Assembly (NCBI GenBank): GCA_030390025.1
Contig: CM059432.1
Location: forward strand, 25,174,001 to 25,238,000
Length of the DNA: 64,000 nt
Origin: Squalus acanthias
Lineage: Eukaryota
Direction: 5' to 3'
Position numbers and translations under genes: made by a program. Shown piece after piece: positions 20,972 to 34,895 of the stretch (its first letter is position 1; every line of letters begins with the position of its first letter). Under the pieces are notes generated by a model. It saw only the letters and a program-made list of their open reading frames with translations, did no database searches and was not told the DNA's origin.

Positions 20972-21460
20972 TGTCCGCTTGGCTCAGTGGTAGCATGATC
21001 AGCTCTAAGCCAGAAGCTTGTTGGTTCAAGCACCCACTCCAGGACTTGCCATACATAATCGAAGCTAACAGTTCAATGCAATAGTGAGGGAATGCTGCAT
21101 CGTCAGAGGTGCTTTCTTTATAATGAGATATTAAACTGAGGTCCCATCTGCCTGTTCAGGTGGACTTGAAAGCTCCCATAGCACTTTCTTTTCGAAGAAC
21201 AGCAGGAGTGTCTTGGCCAACATTCATCCCTCAACCAGCTCCACCAAAAACAGATTACCCTGTCATTCATCATATTTGCTGTTTGTGGCACCATGCTGTG
21301 TGCAAATCAGCTGCCACATTTGCCACAAAATAACCGTGACTACATTTCAAAAAATATTTAATTTGCTGTGAAGCATTTCGGGACATTCTGAGACACTTTG
21401 GGACATCCTGACATAAAAAGGCACCATACAAGTACATGTTCTCCCTTTCTTCATTCTTTT
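20972..21460 (+). mobile_element. Deu-domain tRNA SINE (SacSINE1-like)
   Basis: A box TGGCTCAGTGG, B box GGTTCAAG, Deu-like core (ATGAGATATTAAACTGAGG..CCCATAGCACT), L2-like tail. Confidence 0.75.
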
Positions 21461-22789
21461 GCAGCACTAGGTCAAATAATGATACTTTCAAAAGTATTGT
21501 GGCCTTACCTCACCAAAACAGAGCCTTCTGAGTCATTCTAATACCCCAGGCCACTCTGTGCACCTCAATTCCCCAAGTCCCTCGACTATTGGCTTACATT
21601 CATTCTTAAATCTAGAGTTAGTTTCAACCACCGGGTCTCAAGATTACAGCCATGCCTCAGAACTCTGAGAAACTTATACCCAGGCTCACATTCATTCCCA
21701 TAACCACAGCTCCTGATTCAAACTCATTCCCTGACCACTGGACTTGTACAGGCTCAGACTCTACCACATCTTTCAACACCAACATCTCCTGGTAACAGAA
21801 ATATCCATTCCTGATCCATCCCACCAGCCTCATATTGCTCTGGTTCCTGACTCACGCAATGAAATTCTTTATTAATGCAGAAATACGACTTGGGTGGTGG
21901 TTTTTGAGGCGAGTTGGCAAAATCAAGAAAAGATGGCTGTTCTCACTGCAACCGATCGATGTCTGCTCCACACAAAAGTTACAATTGAATATTTGTATCA
22001 CTATTAAAACTGAATTATATCACACTTGATAACTTATATGTTGAAGGCTCAGCACAATTTAGATTTCTCGGGTTTTCCTCCAGTTGTAGGTTTGGTGTGG
22101 AACTGAGCGCTACAGATGGTGCAAATTAGAACAATCAATTCCAATAGCACATCCGTCTCCCCATAACACTTGCAAGTGTATTACCATAAACTGTAGTGGC
22201 AGTTGCATTACTGTAGGACCTGGGGCTACCTGGTGTTGATCTACTTTGCTCCTGCGACCTCAAAATGTGAAATAAGGAAATAATTACAATATAGTGTCAG
22301 TAAACAAAGATGAAGAGGCCTTCTGGGGACAGTATTTGACAGCTTACAAACACTGAAAGTTGGATCTGAGGCTTAAGGGAGCAACAATCCAATACTTCCA
22401 CTTGCTGAGGGACATCATTAACAACCAGAAGAAAGAAAGCATGGTCTTTCTGAGGGAGAGGGGAAAAAAATGACTGAGATTGAGAAGATAAAGTTTGTTT
22501 GTCTGGAAGACGACTGCTTTGTTTCAGAATCTGGAGGATATGTTTTTTAAAGCAATATTTTGAATATTCAATATACTTTTCACCTTCTAGCACACAATGG
22601 GCCCGATAACACAATGGCAGGTGCTCTGATCATCAAGTGTTTAGGCCTACAATGAGATCACTGGCAGTCTTTGGGCAAAGGCTCAGTGAAGGGTCCTCTC
22701 CATAATGCAACTGGAGTGCCCAAACATAATTAACCAGTGCATGTTTGGAATGGTCACTGAGGGGAAGGCCCTAATTAAAAATAAATTTT

Positions 22790-24737
22790 TTGACACCCCT
22801 CTCCCTCTCCTGGCATGTGAAACTGTTGGCACATGGTCCAACAGTGCCTCAATTTTAAAATTCTCAGCCTCATGTACAAATCCTTTCATGGCCTCACCCC
22901 TCCATATCTCTGTAACCTCCTCCAGCCCTACAAACTTCCGAGAACTAGCCGCGCCTCTAGCCAAGCTACTCCAGTACAGCTACAACACTAGCATCTACCC
23001 GGCAATGTGGAAAATTGCCCAGATATGTCCTGTCCACAAAAAGCAGGACAAATCCAATCCAGCCAATTACCGCCCCATCAGGCTACTCTCAATCATCAGC
23101 AACGTGATGGAAGGCGTCGTCGACAGTGCTATCAAGTGGCACTTACTCACCAATAACCTGATTACTGATGCTCAGTTTGGGTTTCACCAGGACCACTCAG
23201 CTCCAGACCTCATGGACAAAACAGCTGAATTCCAGAGGTGAGGTGAGAGTGACTGCCCTTGACATCAAGGCAGCATTTGACCATGTGTGGCATCAAGGAG
23301 TCTTGTAAAATTGAAGTCAATGGGAATCAGGGGGAAAACTCTCAACTGGCTTGAGTCATACCTAGCACAAAGGAAGATGGTTGTGATTGTTGGAGGTCAA
23401 TCATCTCAGCTCCTGGACATCACTGCAGGAGTTCCTCAGGGCAGTGTCCTAGGCCCAAACATCTTCAGCTGCTTCATCAATGACCTTCCCTCCATCATAA
23501 GGTCAGAACTGGGGATATTCGCTGATGATTGCCCCATGTTCAGTTCCATTTACAACTCCTCAGATAATGAAGCAGTCCATGCCCGCATGCAGCAAGACCT
23601 GGAAAATATTCAGGCTTGGGCTGATAAGTGGCAAGTAATATTCACGCCACACAAGTGCTAGGCAATGACCACCTCCAACAAGAGAGAGTCTAACCACAGC
23701 CCCTTGACATTCAATAGCATTACCATCGCCAAATCCCCCACCATCAACATCCTGGGGGTCACCATTGACCAGAAACTTAATTGGACCAGCCACATAAATA
23801 CTGTGGCTACAAGAGCAGGTCAGAGGCTGGGTATTCTGCGGCGAGTGTCTCACCTCCTGACTCCCCAAAGCCTTTCCACTATCTACAAGGCACAAGCCAG
23901 GAGTGTGATGGAATACTCTCCACTTGCCTGGATGAGTGCAGCTCCAGCAACACTCAAGAAGCTCGACACCATCCAGGACAAAGCAGCCTGCTTGATTGGC
24001 ACCCTATCCACCACCTTAAACATTCACTCCCTCCACCACTGGCGCACCGTGGCTGCAGTGTGTACCATCTACAAGATGCACTGCAGCAACTTGCCAAGGT
24101 TTATTCGACAGCACCTCCCAAACCCGCGACCTCTACCACCTAGAAGGACAAGGGCAGCAGGCGCATGGGAACACCACCACCTCCAAGTTCCCCTTCAAGT
24201 CACACAACATCCTGACTTTGAAATATATCGCCGTTCCTTCAACGTCACTGGGTCAAAATCCTGGAACTCCCTCCCTAACAGCACTGTGGGAGTACCTTCA
24301 TCACATGGACAGCAGCGGTTCAAGAAGGAAGCTCACCACCACTTTCTCAAGGACAATTAGGGATGGGCAATAAATGCTGGCCTTGTCAGTGATGCCCACA
24401 TCCCATGAACAATTTTTTTTTTTTAAAACTCTGAGTTCCTGTAATTCTGGCCTCATGTTCATCCCCGATTTTCATCGCTCTACAATTGGTGGAAATGTCT
24501 TCCGTCATCTAGGCCCTAAACTCTGGAGTTCCCTTCCTAAACCTCTCCATCTCTCAAACTCTCTCTCCTTTTTTTAAATTCTCCTTAAAACCTACCCTTT
24601 AACCAAGCTTTTTGGTCAACTGTCCTCATGTCTCATTCTTTGGTTCAATGTCAATTTTTGTCTGATTACACTCCTGTAAAGCACTTTGGGACATTTTACT
24701 ACGTTAAATATAAATGCAAGTTGTTGTTGTTATTGTT
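22790..24737 (+). mobile_element. L2 3' end (22790-22939 + 24425-24737) split by a LINE insertion
   Basis: Collinear with the L2 at 16204-16885; ends TATAAATGCAAG(TTG)n. Confidence 0.75.
22940..24424 (+). mobile_element. 5'-truncated copy of the tRNA-headed LINE family
   Basis: RT and C-terminus closely similar to 5450-6903 ([31 protein letters not shown]). Confidence 0.95.
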
Positions 24738-24794
24738 ATGCTCCATTTACTGGTTGATGGTGCCAAAAATTCCAATCCCTGGTGTCCCTGATCT

Positions 24795-26185
24795 AAGAAC
24801 ATAAGAACATAAGAAATAGGAACAAGAGTAGGCCTAGCGGCCCTTCGAGCCTGCTCCGCCATTCAATGAGATCATGGCTGATCTTCTGCCTCAACTCCAT
24901 TCACCAGCCCTATCGCCATATCCCTTGATGCCCTTACTAGTCAGAAATCTATCGACTTCTGTTTTGAATATACCCAATGACTGAGCCTCCACAGCCCTCT
25001 GGGGTAGAGAATTCGAAAGATTCACCACCCTCTGTGTGAAGAAATTTCTTCTCATCTCAGTCCTGAATGGCCTCCCCTTTATCTTGAGGCTGTGGCCCCT
25101 GGTTCTAGACTCCCCAGCCAAGGGAAACATTCTCCAAGCATCCATCCCATCAAGCCCTGTAATAATTTTGTATGCTTCAATGAGATCCCCTCTCATTCTT
25201 CTGAATTCAAGAGAATACAGGCCTAGTTTACTCAATCTCTTCTCATACGACAGTCCCGCCATCCCAGGAATCAATCTCATGAGCCTTCATTGCACTCCCT
25301 CTATGGCAAGTATATCCTTCCTTAGGTAAGGAGACCAAAATTGTACACAGTACTCCAGGTATGGTCTCACCAAGGCCCTATATAATTGTAGTAAGACTTC
25401 TTTACTCCTGTACTCAAATCCTCTTGTAATGAAGGCCAGCATACCATTTGCCTTCCTAATGGCTTGCTGCACCTGCACATTCACTTTCAGTGACTCATGT
25501 ACAAGGACACCCAGGTCCCTGTGAGCATCTGCATTCCCCAGTCTTTCACCATTTAGGAAATACTCTGCCTTTCTGTTTTTTCTACCAAGGTGGATAACTT
25601 CACATTTATCCACATTATATTCCATCTGCCATGTTCTCGCCCACTCACTGAGCCTGTCAAGATCCCCTTGAAGTCTCTTCACATCCTCTTCGCAACTGAC
25701 ACTGCCACCTAGCTTTGTATCATCAGCAAATTTGGAAATGTTACATTTAGTCCCCTCATCCAAATCATTGATATAGATTGTGAATAGCTGGGGCCCAAGC
25801 ACCGATCCTTGCGGTACCCCACTAGTCACAGCCTGCCATCCTGAAAAAGACCCGTTTATCCCTACTCTTTGTTTTCTGTCTGTTAACCAATTCTCAATCC
25901 ATGCTAGTATATTACCCCCAATTCCATGTGCCCTAACTTTGTTCACCAACCTCTTGTGTGGGACCTTATCGACGGCCTTCTGAAAATCCAAATACACCAC
26001 ATCTACTGGTTCCCCTTTGTCTACTCCACTAGTTACATCCTCAAAGAACTCCAATAGGTTTGTTAAACAGGATTTCTCTTTCATAAATCCATGTTGACTC
26101 TGCCCAATCTTACTATTAGTTTCTAAGTGCCCAGTTATTGCATCCTTTATAATAGATTCCAGCATTTTCCCAACTACTGATCTGT
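24795..26185 (-). mobile_element. CR1 LINE, 5'-truncated
   Basis: 318-aa RT ORF ([26 protein letters not shown]) and 3' tail (TTCTTATG)n. Confidence 0.95.
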
Positions 26186-26789
26186 CATGAGCAAGACACT
26201 TGGATCGCCAGAAAAATATTCTGGTGAGCTGAACTTGCATCATTGGGTAAAGTCAGCTCACTCCTGCACAAACGTGCATAGCAGGCAGCGTAGTCCTTGG
26301 CGTTCCCAGAGCGCAAGAAAAATATTCAAGTATCTGGCCTTGTTCTATCGGATAAGGTCAGCAGATTCCTGCACAGGCACACATAGTACCAGAACAATGC
26401 CTGCCCTGTTGACTGTATTATTAGCCCCAGCAGCACAGTCTCCATCTAATTTTGTTTTAATAGAAATTTTTAAAGGTATGGGCATAGATATTCAGTGATG
26501 ATGCACCCGTTTTTCAGGCACAATATGGGCACCTAAGCATCTAATTCTGGTGGGCATGGTGTGCACGCTTATTACAGCCAGAAGTGTGCCACTCTATTGA
26601 TAAAGGCAGAACAAAAGAGAGACTTGCATAAAGAGGGAGAAAGAAAGACTGAGAAAAAGAGATGGAGATAAATACAGAGGTGACAATGGCAGAAAGAAAA
26701 AGTGGCAGATAAAGAGCAGTAGAGAGAAAGAATTAGTGTGGGAGAGAAGCAAAGAGAGTGAAATAGAAGCAGATTTTATAATATTGTCG

Positions 26790-29700
26790 AGTAAGATGAA
26801 GCAGATAAAGAACGCGTATGACAGATGTCAGGTTGCGAATACAAGTGAGAATCAGGCTGAATATAAGAAGTTCAGAGGGGAAATGAAAAAGAAAATAAGA
26901 GGGGCAAAGAGAGAGTATGAGAATAGATTGACAGCTAACCTAAAAGGGAATTCAGAAGTCTTCTGTAGGCATATAAATAGTAAATGGTAGTAAGAGGAGG
27001 GGCGGGGCCGATTAGGGACCAAAAAGGAGACCTACGCATGGAGGCAGAGGGCATGGCTGAGATACTAAATGAGTTCTTTGCATCTGTCTTCACCAAGGAA
27101 GAAGATGCTGCCAAAGTCATAGTGAAAGAGGAGGTAGTGGAGATACTGGATGGGATAAAAATTGATAAAGAGGAGATACTATAAAGGCTAGCTGTACTTA
27201 AAGTAGATAAGTCACCAGGTCCAGATGGGATGCATCCTAGGATGCTAAGGGAAGTTAAGGTGGAAATCGCAGAGGTACTGGCCATAATCTTTCAATCCTC
27301 CTTAGATACAGAGGGTGCCAGAGGACTAGAGAATTGCAAATGTTACGCCCTTGTTCAAAAAAGGGTGTAAGGATAAACTCAGCAACTACAGGCCAGTCAG
27401 TGGGAAGCTTTTAGAAACGATAATCAGGGACAAAATTAACAGTCATTTGGACAAGTGTAGATTAATTAAGGAAAGCCAGCATGAGTTTGTGAAAGGCAAA
27501 TCGTGTTTAACTAACTTGATCAAGTTTTTTGGTGAGGTAACAGAGAGGGTTGATGAGGGTAATGCGGTTGATGTAGTGTATATGGACTTCCAAAAGACAT
27601 TTGATAAAGTGCCACATAATAGGCTTGCCAGCAAAGTTGAAGCCCATTGACTAAAAGGGACAGTGGCAGCATGGATACAAAATTGGCTAAGTGACAGGAA
27701 ACAGAGAGTAGTGGTGAACGGTTGTTTTTTGGACTGGAGGAAGGTACACAGTGGTGTTCCCCAGGGGTCGGTACTAGGACCACTGCTTATCTTGATATGT
27801 ATTAATGACTTGGACGTGGGTGTACAGGGCACAATTTCAAAATTTGCAGCTGACACAAAACTTGGAAGTTTAGTGAACAGTGCGGAGGATAGTGATAGAT
27901 TTCAAGAACACATAGATAGGCTGGTGGAATGGATGGACACGTGGCAGATGAAATTTAACACAGAAAAGTGCAAAGTGATGCATTTTGGTAGGAAGAATGA
28001 GGAGAGGCAATATAAACTAACGGGTACAATCCTAAAGGGGTGCATGGACAGAGAGACTGAGAGGTATATGTGCACAAATCATTGTAGGTGGCAGGGCAGG
28101 TTGAGAAAGCGGTTAAAAAAGCATACGGGATCCTGAGCTTCATAAATAGAGGCATAGAGTACAAAAGCAAGGAAGTTATGATGAACCTTTATAAAACACT
28201 GGTTCAGTCTCAACTGGAGTATTGTGTCCAATTTTGGGCACCGCAATTTAGGAAGGATGTGAAGGCCTTAGAGAGGGTGCAGAAAAGATTTACAAGATTG
28301 GTTCCAGGGATGAGGGACTTCAGTTACGTGGATAGACTGGAGAAGCTGGGGTTGTTCTCCTTAGAGCAGAGAAGGTTGAGAGGAGATTTGATAGAGGTGT
28401 TCAAAATCATGAGTGGTCTAGACAGAGTAGATAGTATAAGATTCTCAAAATTCACAGATCCCCCAAAACTCAAAAACAAACCCTAAGGAAAAAGACTTTG
28501 GACTCTTTTCTAGCTATTTCAGGGTGGTGGAATGCATTGGGCCTAACCGAGATTTGGTATTTTAAAAGACATGTCTGGACTTGTAAGGGAGAAAAGACTG
28601 CACAGGAGTTGGGATCAACCTCTGTAAAAGACAGTTTGGATATTGGAGTTAATCAAACTGTCTGGGGAACCGCATGACCTCACTTGGAGTTAATCGGCCC
28701 CTATCAGACATTAACATCCGAACAATAGACCCGAGGAAGAACAGTCTCCACCCAAATTACAGGACCCATCAAGACATGCATAAAACAGATCACTTCAGCC
28801 CACACTATAGAAATCCCAGGTCCAGTCAAGAAACTCACAACGTGAGAACAATCAGCTACAATCAAGCAAGCAGATCGACAGGATGGAGCCATCCCGAAAC
28901 CACTTCACACATTAACAAACAAGTTACTGTTAACGAGCCCACCAAAATCTAACAATAATCCGGGACTGATTAGTATAATTAAAAGCCTGTTTTCTCAAGA
29001 AGTCAGTTCAGCAGTTACAACAAGTTCTCTACAAGTTCAAGGGTGGAGCAGTTACACAGGTACAACAGAAAGGAGTTCTCGAGTACAACCGTACACAGTT
29101 CAACAGAAACAAGATCAAGCAACAAGCAGGACAGCAGAAGCACAGGAGTCACACAGACAAGCAGCAGGCAGCAAGGAACAAGCAGTTCAAGGAACAAGCA
29201 GTTACATGTCCAGCCAGGAGGTCGACAGCTCGGAACCAGACCGTTCAACAAGGCGAGGGGGCAACAGAAAGAAATTCAACCGAGAAGGCCAGCAGCTCTA
29301 GAAGCAGGCCGACCCACAAGAAGAAACCAGAGCAACAGCCCCAGTGACCATCAGACACCTCACGGCAACAAGGGCCTTACGAAACTTTTTACTTAAGAAG
29401 ACTCTAAACCCTACCTCTAACCAAAGAAAAGTGGGTACTCACCCGATAAATCCAATCCAGCGAACCCCGAAACCGCGAACCAGCTCAACTGTCAAGGATT
29501 CATTTGGTGAGCATTATCCCTGGTTCTCTAGAGCCCAACTTAGCTAGTGAAGTGGGATTGGGAGGGGTGAGGTATTCTTCTGATGTTATTTCCCTCGTTT
29601 GTACCGAAGTGTTCCCCACTTTTAGAGTGTTAAGAGTGTTTGTGTTGTGTTTTATTTTCTTGAATAAAGATCAAAGTTCTTGCATCAAAACCAGTTGTCT

Positions 29701-30155
29701 GCTCCACTTTTTGTCACAACCCCCAAATAAGTCCAAGGTCTAGAACCAAGGGAGTGGGAGCGATTCGAACCGCTCAGAAGTCAGAGGTGAAGCTGACACA
29801 AACCACCACCCCCTACAATAGAGAGAAACTGTTCCCATTGGCGGAAGGGTCGAGAACCAGAGGACACAGATTTAAAGTGATTGGCAAAAGAACCAAAGGC
29901 GGCATGAGGAAAAACTTTTTTATGCAGCAAGTGGTTAGGATCTGGAGTGCACTGCCTGAAAGGGTGGTGGAGGCAGACTCAATTGTGGCTTTTAAAAGGG
30001 AATTGGATAAGTACCTGAAGGAAAAAAATTGCAGGTCTATGGGGAAAGGGCGGTGGGGTGGGACTAGCTGAAGTGCTCTTGCAGAGAGCCGGCACAGGCT
30101 CGATGGGCCGAATGGCCTCCTGTGCTGTAACCATTCTATGATTCTATGAATCTAT
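26790..30155 (+). mobile_element. CR1 LINE ORF2 region, interrupted by a solo LTR
   Basis: [36 protein letters not shown]; reading continues across the LTR (DRVD|REKLFPL); ATTCTATG tail. Confidence 0.95.
28435..29817 (+). mobile_element. Solo LTR (1383 bp; Gypsy- or ERV-type)
   Basis: 4-bp TSD ATAG (28431-28434, 29818-29821). Ends TATAAG (probably TGTAAG)..CCTACA. TATA-like sequence ~28973, AATAAA at 29663. Confidence 0.8.
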
Positions 30156-30789
30156 AAATCGTTTCAGTTCAGGTAAAATCTGTGCTTTGGAATATTCTAG
30201 ACTAATTGTAAGTAAAGCATCTTTGAGCAGCACATGACCAAGACTAGCCCTCTTAGGGACCTACTGAAATGAAGCACAAAATATATTTTTTATTTCGTTC
30301 TTAATTAAAATTATTTAATACTTAATCCTTATCATAAGTTTGAAACTAGCTCATAATGAGCCAAGTTCAAATCTCTGTGGGTTTCATTTCCTCTCTTCTA
30401 TTTTTAGTCCACTTGAGCCTGTAGAAACTTCTATTGGTGTTGTTTAAAGCAGTGTTAACCACTTCAAAATAATTTCACGACTGCATTGGCAGAAATTTTA
30501 CCCAAACATAGGCTAAAAATAGAGGAAATTAAGTTCATTGGTGTTTTTGGTGGACTTGTTCAATGTCTTAAAAGATTATTATATAAAAATTTACTTAAAA
30601 GTCTCACAAGATAATGAAGGCCCTTTTTAGTTCATTCCTCCAGAATGAGCCTAAAGTCCCGACCTGCAGCATCCATTTGCTTCTGAAACAATTACAGGGT
30701 TCTAGGCTCCACTACTCAAAACAACATGTCTGACAGAACCAAAGTATCTGCATTAGAAATTCATAATATAAAAGGCTCTGGATCTTTGA

Positions 30790-31060
30790 GGATTGATCGT
30801 GCAGTGGGTTAGTCTGCTGACCTTTTACCCTTTCCCCAGTTTGTGCTGAATTGGCTGATCCTATCCAGGGACAGCAATAAGGACATTGCAATTGAACTGA
30901 AATTCCCTGGACTTAGGAGGGCAAACTTCCTGTAGGATTCCATTTCCTGGCTGCTACGCAGTGATTTGGTGGAAAGTACACGTGTCTGAACGCAGAATAA
31001 GGACACGATCAAGTACAGCTGTCAATAGTCTGCAGACATCCAACGGATGAGGAGTTTTGC
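30790..31060 (+). mobile_element. Old SINE-like repeat, same family as 34385 and 42615
   Basis: Shared blocks GCTGATC..CCCTG..TAGG..CAGTGA..GGAAAGT..AAGGACA. Confidence 0.5.
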
Positions 31061-31069
31061 CCACCAGGT

Positions 31070-31525
31070 GCCAACCTTGGCTCAGTGGTAGCATGTCAGA
31101 ACGTCATGGGTTCAAGTTCCATGCCAAACACTTGACCGCAAAATTTCGGCTGACACTTCAGTGCAGTACTGAGGGAATGCGGTACTGTCGGAGGTGCCAT
31201 CTTTCGGATGAGACATTAACCTGAGGACCCGACTGCCCTCTCAGGTGGACATCAAGGATTCCATGGCACTATTTCAAAGAAGGGCAGGGGGGCTCTCCGT
31301 GGTGACCTGGGCAATATTTCTCCCTCAACCAACGTCATTAAAAAAAACAAATTATCTGGTCATCACATTGCTGTTTATGGAAGCTTGTTGTGTGAAAATT
31401 GATTGCCCCGTTTCCTACATTACAACAGTGACTACACTTCAAAAGTACATAATTGGCTATAAAGCATTTTGGAACATCCTGATGTTGTGAAAGACACTAT
31501 ACAATTAGAAGTCCTTTCTTCTTTC
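31070..31525 (+). mobile_element. Deu-domain tRNA SINE (SacSINE1-like)
   Basis: A and B boxes, core GGAGGTGCCATCTTTCGGATGAGAC..GATTCCATGGCACT, L2-like tail. Confidence 0.85.
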
Positions 31526-31550
31526 ATGCTGATCAGGGACATTGAGGGCA

Positions 31551-31811
31551 GGGGGTACGGTAGCATAGTCGTTATGTTACTGAACTAGTAATCCAGAGAG
31601 CTGGACTATTGATCTAGAGACGTGAGTTCAAAACCCACCACAGGCAGCTGGGGAATTTAAATTCCTAACAGCACTGTAGGAGTACCTTCACCACACGGAC
31701 AGCAGCGGTTAGAATGTGGCTCACCACCACCTTCTCAAGGGCAATTAGGGATGGGCAATAAATGCTGACCTTGCCAGCGTTGTCCACATCCCAAGAACAA
31801 CTTAAAAAAAA
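31551..31811 (+). mobile_element. SINE consisting of the head and tail of the tRNA-headed LINE
   Basis: 31551-~31664 matches 3729-3839; it is joined to CCTAACAGCACTG.. matching 6756-6903; A-tail. Confidence 0.85.
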
Positions 31812-34384
31812 GGCTGTCATCGACAGAGGGAATACCACGAGTGGAAAAGTAGGTCGACCGACAAGGCTTCTTGCCAGCAGCACATATTCAAAACACCAGC
31901 CATCACTCTCTGGGCTTGCACCTGCACGTGATACTGTACCACTGCACGATTCAATGCCCTCTTGAGGGGAGCAAACTGAAGGAAGATTTTTTTTAATATT
32001 CTTTATCAAGATAAACAGCAGCAAAATTTACCAAGCGCACATTACCTTCAGGGGTTAACTAAGCCAGTTACTATTTTATTAATACAATCGTAACCAATGG
32101 AAGCACATAAATAATATCAAATGAAATGCAATTTCAATATGTGTCATTGCTTCAGACTGTATTATTTTAGCTGTGCATCAAGCTTTCAGTTAGTGGCCAT
32201 TAAGATTCCGTCTGAGCTCAATAATAGATACCCCACCCATGGCCAGTAAAAGTACTAAAAGCCCACGTGCTCGGAGCATGATAAGCATAGTGATTGTTAC
32301 ATAATTGCAGCCTTTATTGGATTGTGCTCTGCGGAACTCAACGTCTATTTTTAAAACCCACTAAAAACCACTCTGAATCATTTTGGAAGCAGGAAAGTAA
32401 TATGCATCATTATGGCTTATGTTATATTGTCATGGATTTTACCACAATTACAGCTAACTGCCAGCACCAGAGTAGGCATAATTTGTAGTTTATTTCATTA
32501 ATGTTCGAGAAATTGTCACAACACACCGGAATGTTCCTTTTCAAGTTGAAAGGAAAGTAATAATGACATTCCCCCATGTTAAGGCATCAGATGAAAGGAT
32601 TTTATTCTGTTACCTAACAGTGCAGCAACACTACTGTTATCTGCTTGCTTTGTGTAGCTGCCTCCTCTCCTACATCCCATTTCATATTTACAAAAGCCAT
32701 TTCTTTCTGGTTGCATTCGGTTTGATGGCACTGGTTACGATGAACGATATTTACCAATGGTGCCAAATATTGTATTGATTTATGGCCAGGCCTTTTAAGA
32801 TTTAATTGAGTAAACCCCAATAATTACCTCTTCCCCATCTATTCTTCTCCCCCCCCCCCCCCCCCGCGGCGAAAAAAGGTAAGTTTAAAAAAAATACTTA
32901 CCTGAATGTGGAGCCGGGAGATGATCCTCCTGGCTCCACTGCAGTGCCGAAGACCGTTAATTTGGGTTAAAGGCTCATGCAAGGATCTCCTCAGAGAATT
33001 GTCTCAGAAAAGAGAAACCATTTTAGATCTTTAACCATGAGCACTTGGTCAGGTCAAACCATCTGTGAGTGGAGGACCTCCTATGGCTCCGCTCCCCACT
33101 CCTACAGCATTAGCTGAATCAGTTCCCAAGATTTGCTTTGCCTCCTTCTCTTGCTGTCCCTCCTACTGCGGCTGCCCTTCTTTTCGGAATTATGCGGAAT
33201 CGCTTCCTGCCTGACAAAAGGCTGTTTGTTATTGTCAGTCACAGACTGTTTAATTTGACAATCGTTTGAGGATTCTTGTCAGTTTTCTATTCAATTCCTG
33301 CAGAGATAGTGAGGCTTCAGTGGGCAAGAATGCATTGCGGGATGCTGTATCTATTTAATTGAAGTCTTTTATGTGCAGGTGTCACTACAGATCATTTAGT
33401 GCACAGGGTGATAACTTTAAATTTGTGAATGGGCTTCTTAGGGTAAATAAAAGTTTACTGTCTGAAATATGCAAAATATACATTAGCAGCAGTTTGCAAC
33501 TTTGCTGACCTTGTGAGGTCATTAAACCTTGTCCTGCATTGGAGAGAGGACCTGGGGGTACACACACTCCCTGTGTCACTTCCTTCCACAGGGCCCTGCT
33601 TTAAGAGCAGTCCAGCTTCAAATGCTGCAGCTGTGCCCTCGGAAGTATTTCCCCCGACCCTCCCACCATATATTCCAGGCTTCCTTGACGCAGTGCCTCA
33701 ATTGCTGGTACTCTGCCCAATATTGTCTCGCAATATTATAATGAGCTGACCCCGTAATTTTGGGCAGGGTCAGTGCCTCAGCCATAAGGGAGATGGTGGC
33801 CCTGCTTCGGCAGGCTCCCGGAGAGTGTTGCAATGCATTCCTGCAAGTTACTGTTTTAGCTATCATTCAGATGATGCAACGCTATGATTTTTATGAACTT
33901 TAACAAATCAGCAGGAAATACTCTGTTCTATATTAGATCCCTTCTTCTAGGAAGGAAAACTTAATTGTTACAATCAAAATAAGTGACCAAGGAGTGCAGC
34001 TTGCTGCCCAGCTCAAACCCCAAGACACCTGAGCCAATAGCCTAAAGTGTATGATGCCGATGTGTGTCCACTTATCCTATAGAGGTTGTTGTTTTGGATA
34101 TGCTGATATCAGCAGTGCATCCTAATAGATTTTTGCGAGTCTGCACTAAACCCAGACCAAAATTTATTAACATTCACTATCCCGCACATAAATCACAGTA
34201 CTTGGCGAGAATCTGAAAAAGTTGGCATTTACTCGATTTGATGGGGCAAATTTATTAATTTAAATCGACTGAAAATTGGGTATGTGCTTTTACGAGCTGA
34301 AGCTCCTTCCTGCCCAATTTCCCTGTATTAGTTGTGCCCAGATGATCCAATAGCCCAAGCAACAAGAGCAGGAAAATCTGACCT

Positions 34385-34895
34385 CTGGCCTCTCCGCAGC
34401 TCAGTTGGTACGCGCTGTCTAATGTGGAGCTCAGCTACACCAATCAGGAATAGTCCAGTTCCGAACCCTACTCTGGGCTTGGTTAGCTGATCGCAGCTGG
34501 GATATTAGATGACGCACTACAATTGGCCTCAGCAGCCCTGAGCTAGGGAAGAGAAAGATTAGCCAGATTTTCCACTCCTGGTTATGATCCAGTGACTCAT
34601 AGAAAGAGGCCATCTGGCCCATTGTGCCTGTGCCGGTTCTTTGAAACAACAACAAAGAGCTATCTGATTAGTCCCACACCACTGCTCTTGGTGGAAAGTG
34701 GATGTCTATGTGGGTATTGAGTAAGGACAGGATACGCCTCTACTGTGATGCCCCCCATGTTCAAATATCCTCCTGAGATTTGCTGTGTAAGCTCATACGT
34801 TAAAAAATAGCCACTTAGGTGTTGTAGCAGACAATGGTTGGCTACCATGAGACCAACCCCAGCATTGAGTCAGCACCTTCAGGACAGAAGGGAGC
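34385..34895 (+). mobile_element. Old tRNA-derived SINE, with a minus-strand CR1 tail inserted at ~34598-34690
   Basis: A-box-like AGCTCAGTTGG (~34398), B-box-like GTTCCGAACC (~34458); homology to 30790 and 42615. Confidence 0.6.

Noticed and set aside
29043..29396. S/Q/T-rich 117-aa ORF inside the solo LTR
   Set aside because: Explained by T-poor repetitive composition; no ATG start or domain.
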